DNA of 53,417 nt from Planctomycetota bacterium (GTDB lineage: Bacteria > Planctomycetota > PUPC01 > JABMSA01): NCBI GenBank assembly GCA_035527355.1, contig DATLAR010000068.1, positions 1 to 53,417 on the forward strand. The letters run 5' to 3'. Below the pieces are notes generated by a model that saw nothing but the letters and a program-made list of their open reading frames with translations, had not been told where the DNA came from and made no database searches. Positions 34,559 through 43,222 of this stretch are shown here, piece after piece. A program made the translations under genes and the position numbers. Within the stretch, counting starts at the first letter, position 1. Each line of letters begins with the position of its first letter.

Positions 34559-36772
34559 CTACTTCACTCTCACCATGTAAGGCAGCCGCTCCCTCGCGTG
34601 CTTCAACAGCCGCACCACGCCGTACCAGCGGGTGTTCCACGGGTGGCCGTCTTCCGACCACATGATATGCGTAGCGCCGCCGGGCCCGGTATGCGTCCAC
34701 CAGATCGAGAGGCCCAAGTCGCGGGTTCGCGGCCATTCGGTGAGTTCCATCAGCTCGTACGGCACGAACATCTCGAGGTCGGCGCCGGCATCGGTTGCTT
34801 TCCACGCGCCCTTGATGCCGGGTGCCAGTTTGGTGGTCTCGCCCGGGCCGAGGCCGATAACGCCGTTCTCGACGAGGCTGCCGCCTACCCAGTAGTATCG
34901 CCCGGGTGTACCGAGGAGGTCAGGGCTGCGCGAGTCGAAAAACAGCACAAACCTGTCCTTCCGCACGTCGCCCGTGGCCTTGACTGCGATGAAGATGCCG
35001 GCCTTGCCGGCCTTGAACGCCCACCGCAAATAGCACTCGCTCGGCGCGGCGCGATTGTCCGCCACGCCCTGCACCCAGCGTGCCTGCACCGGCTCGCCCA
35101 CCGTGCTCCATGTGTGGTCGTCCCACTCGGCGAGGTCGCCGTCAATGTTTGCCTCGCCGGCGAGTGCGCCGCCGAACCGCAGAAACGCCACCTCGGCCAC
35201 GGCGTGGCCGGTCTCGCCTTTCCGGGCAGCGTGGGCTGTGATGACAACTCGGCCCATCTCGGCGCCGTCGGGTATGCTGGCCGTCCTGAACGTCTCGCCC
35301 GCGCCGTTGATCAGCGACACATCGAGCTGCGGCTTCTCGCACACGTGGCGGCCGCGAACGAACCGCGTGTCCACCTCGAACGGCAGCGGCACGCAATAGA
35401 CGCGGCTGCCGCCGCCGAAGAAATCAACCACGGGCACCATCAGCGGCCCCACTGCGTAATAGCGGTTCAGCGGGTGCTTCAGCAGGTCGGCCGGGCGGGT
35501 CAGTTGCAGCCAGGAAACCTCGAACTCCTTGATCTCGTCGGGCTTCAGGTTGTAACTGATCGGGCCGTCGTCGGCCGCAGCGATTTCGCTTTCCATCAAT
35601 GGATAAACGTGCAGCTTGCCCTCGCGCTTCTCGGCGGTGATGTTCCTGACGATGATCGTGCTCACCACGCCGCGCACGGTCCACTTGCTGCTGCCGTAGA
35701 GAGCCAGCGGCGGGAAAGTGCGCCGGCCGATGATTGCGTCGAACGCGGCCTTTGCCATTGCCAGATGCCCGAGCGCGTTTGTGTGGATCGTGTCGCCCTT
35801 GCCGTCGGATTCGAGCATGCTGGACATCTGCAAGTGGTAGCCGAGCGGGTATTTCGGCCACATGTTCCTGACCGATTCCTCAATCGTGGCGCCGCCTTTG
35901 CCCCATATCGCCGCGAATGTATCGGCCAACGGCACGCGCAGCCTCGCGGCCAGCGGCCGCAACGATTCGGCAAACCCGATAGTGCGGAAGGCAAACCAGA
36001 CCGGCTCGGCGCCGGGCCGGTTGCGGGCTTCGTCGTCTAGCGGAATGGAAATGTGCGGCGTGGGCATCATGAAAACCGTGTCGCCGCCGCAATCGGCTGC
36101 CATCCGCTCCGCGATGAACTGATACTGCTCGAGGTAGCCGTCGAGCGGCACGCCGCCGGCCTGATCGTTCAGGCCGTACATCAGCAGCCCGAGGTCGGGC
36201 TTGTTTGGGATTGCATCGTCTTCGAAAGCGCGGACGGCCGCGTCGACCGATCGGCCGGGGTAGGACCTGTCGATGACGGTGATGTTGTTATTGGTGAACG
36301 CCCGCGACAGCATCATCGCGAGCATTCCCTCGAAATCGCCGGTGTTGGTAACCGAATCGCCCATCGCGAGGATCGTGTATTTCTCGCCCGCCGCGAGTTT
36401 CTTGCCGGTGCGAGTCAGCGTTTTCACAAGGGCGGTTTTCTCTGCTGCAGGCGGCGGAGCTATGGCAAGAAAACGAACCTCCACCGGCCGCGCGAGGCCG
36501 AGCGTAACGATATGAATGCCCTCGGTGAGCGGGGCTATCAGTATCCTGCCGTTCTCGGCTTTCACCTTGCCATCGCTCTTCGGCCCCCAGCCGTCGGCGG
36601 TTATCGTTCTCACCACGTAATGGATTTCCAGGCCCGTATCCGGCACCCTGATGGCCGCCTGCCCGTCGGTGAAAACGTAAGGCGCTACCAGGCTCGCGGC
36701 CTGCTCGGCGCCCCAGGCAGCGGCGCAAACAGCGGCCAACACAATCGCGACAAGCATACAGGGTCTCTGCAT
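34559..36772 (-). CDS. secreted SGNH/GDSL-type hydrolase with C-terminal CBM9/DOMON-like carbohydrate-binding domain
   Basis: Track ORF trimmed by 182 codons to ATG 36772 (MQRPCMLVAIVLAAVCAAAWGAEQ, a signal peptide). SGNH block I is ILAMGDSVTNTG and block III is YGLNDQAGG. The C-terminus IDGDLAEWDDHTWS...RFVLFFDS is the family-9 CBM-like opening. Confidence 0.8.
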   Translation of the reverse strand: MQRPCMLVAIVLAAVCAAAWGAEQAASLVAPYVFTDGQAAIRVPDTGLEIHYVVRTITADGWGPKSDGKVKAENGRILIAPLTEGIHIVTLGLARPVEVRFLAIAPPPAAEKTALVKTLTRTGKKLAAGEKYTILAMGDSVTNTGDFEGMLAMMLSRAFTNNNITVIDRSYPGRSVDAAVRAFEDDAIPNKPDLGLLMYGLNDQAGGVPLDGYLEQYQFIAERMAADCGGDTVFMMPTPHISIPLDDEARNRPGAEPVWFAFRTIGFAESLRPLAARLRVPLADTFAAIWGKGGATIEESVRNMWPKYPLGYHLQMSSMLESDGKGDTIHTNALGHLAMAKAAFDAIIGRRTFPPLALYGSSKWTVRGVVSTIIVRNITAEKREGKLHVYPLMESEIAAADDGPISYNLKPDEIKEFEVSWLQLTRPADLLKHPLNRYYAVGPLMVPVVDFFGGGSRVYCVPLPFEVDTRFVRGRHVCEKPQLDVSLINGAGETFRTASIPDGAEMGRVVITAHAARKGETGHAVAEVAFLRFGGALAGEANIDGDLAEWDDHTWSTVGEPVQARWVQGVADNRAAPSECYLRWAFKAGKAGIFIAVKATGDVRKDRFVLFFDSRSPDLLGTPGRYYWVGGSLVENGVIGLGPGETTKLAPGIKGAWKATDAGADLEMFVPYELMELTEWPRTRDLGLSIWWTHTGPGGATHIMWSEDGHPWNTRWYGVVRLLKHARERLPYMVRVK

Positions 36773-36943
36773 GGCTTTCCTGCATCCCGTGAAAAAGCTC
36801 TTGGTAACGACGAAATCTCTACGGGCTATTTTACACTCGCTCAAATGAGTTTCAAGCTTTTTACTTGAATCCGAAGGCTCGTTCGTGTAGAAATCTATGA
36901 ATGCACCGCGAAAGGTAAGCTTGCTTTTTTCAGGAGACATTTC

Positions 36944-37864
36944 ATGGACAGAATCGCATACGGCGGATGGAAGAATTGCTACAGACTGGCGAATCGCGCG
37001 ATCGAGCTGGTTGTTACCGGCGACGTCGGCCCGCGTGTCATCCGCCTCGCAACGAAGGGCGGCACAAATCTCTTCAAGGAATTCAAGGAGCAGATGGGCC
37101 AAACCGGCGGCGACGAATGGCGCATCTACGGCGGCCACCGCCTCTGGCACGCGCCCGAAGCCAAGCCCCGCACCTATTGCCCCGACAACTCGCCGGCGGA
37201 TGTGAAGCAAACGGAAAACGGCCTCACGGTCACGCAGGCGGTGGAATCGACCACCGGCATCCTGAAGCAGATGAGCATCATCCTCGATGCGAACCAGCCG
37301 CACGTCCGCGTGCTGCACCGGCTCACAAACTGCGCTCTATGGCCGGTAGCGCTCTCACCGTGGGCGCTCTCGGTCATGGCGCCCGGCGGCACCGCGATCA
37401 TTCCGCAGGCTGCATACATTTCGCATCAGGAATGCCTGGTGCCCGCGCGCCCGGTGGTGCTCTGGCCTTACACCAACATGCGCGACAAGCGATGGATCTG
37501 GGGCGAGAAGTTCATTCAGCTTCGGCAGGACCGCGCCGCCAAGCACCCGCAAAAGGTGGGCGTGGCCCTCGTCGATGGCTGGGCGGCCTACGCGCTCAAG
37601 GGCCAGGTGTTCCTCAAGCGATTCGACCACCTGCCAAACGCCGAGTATCCCGACTTCGGCTGCTCGTTCGAGACCTTCACCAACGCGGACATGCTCGAAG
37701 TGGAAACGCTGGGCCCGATGACGACGCTCGAGCCCGGCGCCTCGGCGGTGCACGTTGAAGACTGGTTTGTATTCGACGGCATCAGGCTCGGCAAGAGCGA
37801 GCAGGCGATCGAAGAGGCCCTCGCGCCCATCCTGAAGAAGAGCGCGAAAATGATGGGAGGATGA
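36944..37864 (+). CDS. hypothetical protein, galactose-mutarotase-like beta-sandwich (DUF4380-type assignment from memory, weak)
   Basis: 306 aa with protein-like composition and clean ATG start. WRIYGGHRLWHAPE and ETLGPMTTLEPG segments. Divergent from the SGNH/CBM9 gene. Confidence 0.72.
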   Translation: MDRIAYGGWKNCYRLANRAIELVVTGDVGPRVIRLATKGGTNLFKEFKEQMGQTGGDEWRIYGGHRLWHAPEAKPRTYCPDNSPADVKQTENGLTVTQAVESTTGILKQMSIILDANQPHVRVLHRLTNCALWPVALSPWALSVMAPGGTAIIPQAAYISHQECLVPARPVVLWPYTNMRDKRWIWGEKFIQLRQDRAAKHPQKVGVALVDGWAAYALKGQVFLKRFDHLPNAEYPDFGCSFETFTNADMLEVETLGPMTTLEPGASAVHVEDWFVFDGIRLGKSEQAIEEALAPILKKSAKMMGG

Positions 37865-37948
37865 GGGTCTTTCATCTTGACAAAACACCGCCCGATGCTG
37901 TAGACTGCATAGCGTAGAACTCTCAGCTCTTCACAGAAGAGGTGCCCA

Positions 37949-38647
37949 ATGCCGATAGAAGTGGGATGCCCGGCGTGCGGGGCGATGCTTCGCGCACGCG
38001 ACACCGACGCCGGCAAGACGAAAACCTGCCCGAAGTGCCGCAAGCCTGTGATCGTCCCGGGTGAATACCAAGGCGATTTTTCAGACCTCGAGCCTGTGCC
38101 CGCGCCCGCCCCCGCGGAGCAAACGGAGCAGGCGGAACAGCCGCCTTCCGAGCCGGTCGCCGAGCCGGCCGCCGAGGCCGAACGGAAACCCGGCGCCGCC
38201 AAATGGATCGCCGCGCTTGTCCTCCTTGGGCTGGCCGTGGGCATCTGCGCTTATTTCGTGCCCCGTGGCCCCAGCCTGAGCAAGGATGAAGCCTCGGTCG
38301 GCTCGCACATGGCCGCTGCCATTCGCGAAGAGTGCCGCGAGCTCAGCGAGAACGCCACCGCTGCCGCCAGCGAAGGCAGGAAAGACGAAGCGATCGAGCT
38401 TTATACCAAGCTGATCGCGAAGGTGGAAGAGATGGATGAAGTGACGGCAAGGAATTTCGGCCTCAAGGATTTCCGCCAGAAGCTTAGGGCGCTGCAAACA
38501 GGAAAGCCGCTGGCCGAAATCATTGCCGAAGACAAGGCGAAAGAGGCCGAAAACAGGCCGAAGCCGGTTGTCGATCCGCCCGCGCAGAACGACCCGCCCG
38601 CCGAACCCGCGCCGCCGGAAGCAGCCGCACCCGACGCCGGGCAGTAG
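37949..38647 (+). CDS. zinc-ribbon / single-TM hypothetical protein
   Basis: 232 aa. N-terminal CPAC-x16-CPKC ribbon, acidic Pro-rich linker, TM helix WIAALVLLGLAVGICAYFV, helical region, Pro-rich tail. Confidence 0.75.
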   Translation: MPIEVGCPACGAMLRARDTDAGKTKTCPKCRKPVIVPGEYQGDFSDLEPVPAPAPAEQTEQAEQPPSEPVAEPAAEAERKPGAAKWIAALVLLGLAVGICAYFVPRGPSLSKDEASVGSHMAAAIREECRELSENATAAASEGRKDEAIELYTKLIAKVEEMDEVTARNFGLKDFRQKLRALQTGKPLAEIIAEDKAKEAENRPKPVVDPPAQNDPPAEPAPPEAAAPDAGQ

Positions 38648-38677
38648 CGCGGCGTTGCGCGTGAAGACGAAAATCAG

Positions 38678-38709
38678 ACGGCCGAAGACATCATTATGCC
38701 TTCGGCCGT
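38678..38709 (+). terminator. terminator hairpin after the zinc-ribbon gene
   Basis: ACGGCCGAAG (38678-38687) - 12 nt - CTTCGGCCGT (38700-38709), a perfect 10-bp stem, followed by TCTTGTG (weak U-tract). Confidence 0.45.
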
Positions 38710-38870
38710 TCTTGTGCCTGGTGCGGTGGCTTAGTGCACGATCTCATAAATGCGGTGACGTATTTTACCTGTTCCTCTTCGGCCTGGGCCCGAAGAGTAG
38801 CAGTCCCATAACGCCAGTCTGCTGGCCCGCGGCCCCACATTCTTCATACACTCTTCATTCCATTCCGAAT

Positions 38871-39078
38871 AAGGCCTGAAGGGCCGGAGTTCCACAAAGC
38901 CCAGCCCAAAGGGCTGGGGAAAAGGCGCCACCCACCCCAAAGTCCAGCCCTGAAAGGGCGGCCTTACGCATACCTTACACACGACCGTATACTCCGCCCT
39001 TTCAGGACTGGACCCTCTTGCCGCACCGATTACCCAGGGCGTTGCCCTGGGCGTTATTACTACGGCCCTTCAGGCCTT
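38871..39078. repeat. nested inverted-repeat (cloverleaf-like) REP/MITE-like element
   Basis: Outer IR: AAGGCCTGAAGGGCCG (38871-38886) / CGGCCCTTCAGGCCTT (39063-39078), 16/16. Inner IR: GTCCAGCCCTGAAAGGGCGG (38942-38961) / CCGCCCTTTCAGGACTGGAC (38994-39013), 19/20. Two side hairpins: CCCAGCCC-AAA-GGGCTGGG (38900-38918) and CCCAGGGC-GTT-GCCCTGGG (39033-39051). Confidence 0.6.
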
Positions 39079-39135
39079 GACTGGAAAAGAACAAGAAAGA
39101 TAAGTCATCGAATTTGTGAGGCCGTGCACTTAGGG

Positions 39136-39885
39136 TTACTGCTCCAGCTCGGCCATGAGCTTCTCGGAAATCTCGAAATTCGCATAGACGTTCTGGATGT
39201 CGTCGTGCTCTTCGAGGTCGTCAAGCAGCCTGAGCGTTTTCCGCGCGGCCGAGTCTTCGAGCTTCACGGTCGTTTGCGGTATCTTTGAGAGGTCGGCCGA
39301 TTCGGGTTGCAGGCCTTTTGCTGTTATTGCGTTTCTCACTTGCGTGAAATCGGCGGGCGAGCAGGTTACCGCGTAAACCTCGCCCTGAGGCCGCACGTCT
39401 TCGGCGCCGGCTTCGAGTGCAAGCTCCATCAGCGCGTCTTCCGAGATGTCTTGCATCTTGATCGTGATAACACCCTTGGGCTGGAACATCCATGCCACGG
39501 CGCCGCTGCCGGCGAGGTTGCCGCCGTGCACGTCAAATATCTTGCGCAGCTCGGATGCGGTGCGGTTCTTGTTGTCGGTAAGAATCTCGCAGATCACGGC
39601 CACGCCGCCCGGGCCGTAGCCTTCGTAAACGAGTTCTTCGAGCGATTGGCCTTCGAGCTGGCCGGTGCCCTTCAATATCGCCCGCTCTATGGTATCCTTC
39701 GGCATGTTGCCGGCGCGCGCCTTGTCGATGGCATAGCGCAGTTTGAGGTTGCCGTCGGGGTCGCCGCCGCCGTTTCGCGCGGCAATGGTGATGGCCTTCC
39801 CGAGTTTGGAAAACTCCTTGCCTCGTTTCGCGTCCTGCAAACCCTTCTTATGCTTGATTCCAGCCCAATGTGAATGTCCGGACAT
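39136..39885 (-). CDS. yebC: YebC/PmpR family DNA-binding transcriptional regulator
   Basis: 249 aa. MSGHSHWAGIKHKKGLQDAKRGKEFSKLGKAITIAARNGGGDPDGNLKLRYAIDKAR is the invariant family N-terminus. Confidence 0.95.
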   Translation of the reverse strand: MSGHSHWAGIKHKKGLQDAKRGKEFSKLGKAITIAARNGGGDPDGNLKLRYAIDKARAGNMPKDTIERAILKGTGQLEGQSLEELVYEGYGPGGVAVICEILTDNKNRTASELRKIFDVHGGNLAGSGAVAWMFQPKGVITIKMQDISEDALMELALEAGAEDVRPQGEVYAVTCSPADFTQVRNAITAKGLQPESADLSKIPQTTVKLEDSAARKTLRLLDDLEEHDDIQNVYANFEISEKLMAELEQ

Positions 39886-39942
39886 GTGTGTATCTCCTTG
39901 CAGGCCTGCGCGGGGTTTCTACCCCGCCCGATCAGCCTGAGC

Positions 39943-42240
39943 TCATTTTTCTTTCCTGGCTTGTTCTATTTTCTGCGCCACCCCCGCGGCGTTGGGGTCA
40001 TTTTCCAGCGCGTATTCCCATTTATCGATTGCTTCCTGCGTGCGGCCAAGCTTCAGCAATGCATCGCCGAGGTGCTCGGCAACCACAGGATCAGCATGCC
40101 TCTGAAACGCCTGGTGCAGCTTGTAAGCCGCGCCCTTGTAGTCGCCCATCCGGAACAGCACCCACCCGAAAGTATCGAGGTAGGCGCCGTTGTCGGGCTC
40201 CTGCTGCAACGCCTTCTTCACCATCTGCAGGGCCGTTTCCAGCTCGGTGCCCTGCATGGCATAGAAGTAGCCGAAGTTATTGTTTACCACTGCCTTGTCG
40301 GAATCGGATTCGGCTATCGCCTTATACTTCCGCTCGGCTTCATCGTTGCGGCCCATATCGTTCAGCACCGACGCCTCCGCAAGAAGGCTGCTGAGTTTGT
40401 CGTCGCCTTCCTCTGCCAGCTCGATGGACCTTGCAACGGCTTTCGCCGCCTCGTCCCATTTCTTCAGTTCTGCATAAAGCTGTGCGGCCTGGCGAAAGGC
40501 CGCCCCATCGTTGGGCTGCTCTTCAGCCATCTTCGCCAATTGCTCCTCGGCCTGCTGCACCTTGCCGGCTTTCTGGTAAACACGGCAGAGAAGCGAACGC
40601 ACCAGGGGCTGACTCACGTTTGGCTTGCCGATGCAGCCCTCGATGAGCGCGATAGCCTGCTCGTGATGGTTCATATCGTAAAGCATGTAACCGATTTGCG
40701 CGGCAGCTTCCGGGTTGTTGGCCAGCCCGGAAATCTTCTCAAACTGCTCCTTGGCCTTATCGTGCTGGTTGAGTGCGGTGTGGCATTCGGCCAGCAAAGC
40801 CCTCCACGCGGCCTCCAGCACCGGGTTTTCCGGGCCGGCGGCGATGGCGTTTTCGACCGCCTCGATGGCCTTCTGAAACTCTCCCGCCCGCTTGCGCACC
40901 TTCGCGATGGCCGCCTGCAGCCTGGCCTTGTCGGCCGTCTCCACTTTCAGAAGCTCCAGAAGCTGCTCCTCCGCCTTGTCATACTGCTTCATCTCCACCA
41001 GCACGTCGGCCAGCATCCCGCGGTAGACCAGTTGCTTGTTATCGGCCGAGAGCTCGATAGCCCTGGCGAATGAATCGGCGGCGTCCTTGAATTGCATAGT
41101 GTCGATGTAATGGCGGCCAAGCCTCGCCCGCAATTCGGCATTCTGCGGGTTGAGCGCCAACGCGGCCAATAGCTGCGCCTCGGCGTCGTCGGGCCGGCTT
41201 TCGAAGCCGTATATCTGCGCGAGCATCGCGTGGAAAGGCACGGCCTCGGCGCCCTTCGCACGTTCGATGCCGGCCTTCAGCGCATCGATGGCCTTCTGCA
41301 TCTCGCCTGCCCGCGTAAACAGCGTGGCAAGCCGCGAATATGCCCGGGCATCGTCGGCGCCGCCGGCCAGTGCGCGGCCTGATACTTCAATCGATTTGTC
41401 CAGGTAAGCTTGCACCTTCTCGGGTTTGCCGGCCTTCTCGGCCGCTTCGATGGCTTTCAGCAGCACGGCCAGCGTGTCGATCGTTGCCGGATTCGCGTCG
41501 AGCAGCGCATCGTACTCCGCCAGTGCATCAGTCCATTTTCCCAGTTCCTCGCAGTATGCCGCTATGCGCAGGTGGAGCTCGTATGCCCGCGGGCGATGCC
41601 GAAGCAGGTATCGGTAGGTTTCAATCGCGTCTTCGGTCTTGCCGGCTTTTCTCTGCATCTCGGCAAGCGAACTGCCAAGCTCGTCGGGCCGCCCGCTGCC
41701 GCGCATCGCCTTGTCGAGCATGGCGATCGCCTTGTCCACGTCGCCCTTCTTCTCGTAAACCCTCGCGAGCCGTTCGAGCACAAACCCGGCCGAGGCGCCC
41801 TCGGCCACGGCGGCCGATGCCTCCCATTGCCTGATCGCTTCGTCTTCGTTGCCTAGCAGGAATTCCACGCGGCCAAGCTCGTAGAGAAAGCGGAAATCGT
41901 CGTTGCGGAGTTCGCAGGCCTTGCGGAAGTTTTCGGCGGATTCTTTGAGCTTGCCGAGCGCGCGGTTGGTAGACCCCAGGAAGAACCAGGCAGGCGCCGA
42001 CATCGGGTCGAGCTCGATCGCCTTCTGCAGCCTTTCCAGCGCGCCGGCGTTGTCTTGGGCGCGGAGCAGCCGCAAAGCGCTGCAAAACTCGGCGTAGGCT
42101 TCGGCCCGCGCCTTGGCTCCCTGCAAAGCTGCTTCAGCGGGCACGGCATCCGGTTTTTCACCGGCCAGCGCAATTCCACCGGCCGCAAGCAATGCGCAAG
42201 CTACAATCCACGAGGCAGGTGCGGCCGCTTTTCTTTGCAT
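39943..42240 (-). CDS. large secreted TPR-repeat protein
   Basis: 765 aa. Signal-like MQRKAAAPASWIVACALLAAGGIALAG, then about 18 TPR-like units throughout (e.g. AEAYAEFCSALRLLRAQDNAGALERLQKAIELDP). Confidence 0.85.
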   Translation of the reverse strand: MQRKAAAPASWIVACALLAAGGIALAGEKPDAVPAEAALQGAKARAEAYAEFCSALRLLRAQDNAGALERLQKAIELDPMSAPAWFFLGSTNRALGKLKESAENFRKACELRNDDFRFLYELGRVEFLLGNEDEAIRQWEASAAVAEGASAGFVLERLARVYEKKGDVDKAIAMLDKAMRGSGRPDELGSSLAEMQRKAGKTEDAIETYRYLLRHRPRAYELHLRIAAYCEELGKWTDALAEYDALLDANPATIDTLAVLLKAIEAAEKAGKPEKVQAYLDKSIEVSGRALAGGADDARAYSRLATLFTRAGEMQKAIDALKAGIERAKGAEAVPFHAMLAQIYGFESRPDDAEAQLLAALALNPQNAELRARLGRHYIDTMQFKDAADSFARAIELSADNKQLVYRGMLADVLVEMKQYDKAEEQLLELLKVETADKARLQAAIAKVRKRAGEFQKAIEAVENAIAAGPENPVLEAAWRALLAECHTALNQHDKAKEQFEKISGLANNPEAAAQIGYMLYDMNHHEQAIALIEGCIGKPNVSQPLVRSLLCRVYQKAGKVQQAEEQLAKMAEEQPNDGAAFRQAAQLYAELKKWDEAAKAVARSIELAEEGDDKLSSLLAEASVLNDMGRNDEAERKYKAIAESDSDKAVVNNNFGYFYAMQGTELETALQMVKKALQQEPDNGAYLDTFGWVLFRMGDYKGAAYKLHQAFQRHADPVVAEHLGDALLKLGRTQEAIDKWEYALENDPNAAGVAQKIEQARKEK

Positions 42241-42262
42241 CGCTCGATCCTTTCATGCCGCG

Positions 42263-43129
42263 CTAAGGTATCACTTTGTTCAGCGGATACTCGATGATCC
42301 CCTGTGCCCCCGCGCGCTTCAGTTCAGGTATGATCTTGCGGGCGCTCGTCTCGTCGAGCACCGTTTCTACCGCAAACCATCCGTCCACCGACAGCGGCGA
42401 CAGCGTGGGCATTTTGAGCGCGGGCAGCAGCGCCAGCACCTCGTCCTTGGCGTTCTGCGGCACGTTCATCTTCAGGCCCACTTTCATCCGCGCCATGATG
42501 GCGCCCTTCAGCAGCATCGTGATGTTCTCTATTTTTTCCCGCTTGCAGGCATCCTGCCACGACTGCCTGTTTGCGATCAGCCGCGGCGTGGTGAGCATCA
42601 GCGTTTCGATCACCTTCAATCGGTTGCTGCGCAGGCTCGAGCCGGTTTCCGTAAGCTCGACTATTGCGTCGACGATCCCCACCTTTGCCTCGGTAGCCCC
42701 GTAGGAGTATTCGACCCTGGCGGTAACGTTGTTCTTTTCGAGGAACCGCTTCGTAACGCTCACCAGCTCGGTGGCGATCAGCTTTCCCTGCAGGTCCTTC
42801 ACGCACGTCGCCGGCGATGCTTCGGGCACGGCCAGCACCCATTTGGCCGCGTGGAGCGTCTGCTTGTTGTAAAGCAATTCCTCCACCTCGTACACGTCCG
42901 ATCCGTTCTCCTCGATCCAGTCCTTGCCCGTGAGGCCCAGATCAATCACGCCCTGCTCAACGTATCTCGACATCTCCTGCGCGCGGAACAGAACGACCTC
43001 GATTTCTTCATCGTCGATTGAAGGAAAATACGAGCGGCTGCCCACCTCCAGCGAAAAGCCGGCGCGGCGCATCAGCTCGAATGTCGATTCCTGCAGGCTG
43101 CCTTTGGGCAGTCCTATCTTCAGCAGCAT
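42263..43129 (-). CDS. hisG: ATP phosphoribosyltransferase, long form
   Basis: 288 aa: MLLKIGLPKGSLQESTFELMRRAGF, FRAQEMSRYVEQGVIDLGLTGKDW, plus the C-terminal regulatory domain (PTLSPLSVDGWFAVETVL). Confidence 0.95.
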   Translation of the reverse strand: MLLKIGLPKGSLQESTFELMRRAGFSLEVGSRSYFPSIDDEEIEVVLFRAQEMSRYVEQGVIDLGLTGKDWIEENGSDVYEVEELLYNKQTLHAAKWVLAVPEASPATCVKDLQGKLIATELVSVTKRFLEKNNVTARVEYSYGATEAKVGIVDAIVELTETGSSLRSNRLKVIETLMLTTPRLIANRQSWQDACKREKIENITMLLKGAIMARMKVGLKMNVPQNAKDEVLALLPALKMPTLSPLSVDGWFAVETVLDETSARKIIPELKRAGAQGIIEYPLNKVIP

Positions 43130-43222
43130 GGTTTTCTCCAGATGACGCTGCTCCCGGACTCAGAGCCTGATATCATGAATCAAAGAATCAATTTTCGCTG
43201 GGGCGATATTCGGGTAAGGTGG

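Noticed and set aside
36773-37318. 182-codon N-terminal extension of the SGNH/CBM9 ORF (track 34559..37318)
   Set aside because: The extension crosses the divergent intergenic region and overlaps the plus-strand gene starting at 36944. A proper signal peptide begins at ATG 36772.
38731-38982. 83-aa minus-strand ORF (MCKVCVRPPFQGWTLGWVAPFPQPFGLGFVELRPFRPY...)
   Set aside because: It is simply the translation of the palindromic arms of the nested inverted repeat. There is no RBS, and the composition is dictated by the GC-rich hairpins.
39874-41073. 399-aa plus-strand ORF antisense to the TPR gene (and similar long antisense ORFs at 1525..2457, 4409..5332, 6762..7634, 34598..36040, 49600..50883, 21841..22770)
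   Set aside because: All lie opposite strongly supported genes and have Arg/His/Gly/Ala-biased composition with no motifs. Such shadows are expected in high-GC DNA with few stop codons.
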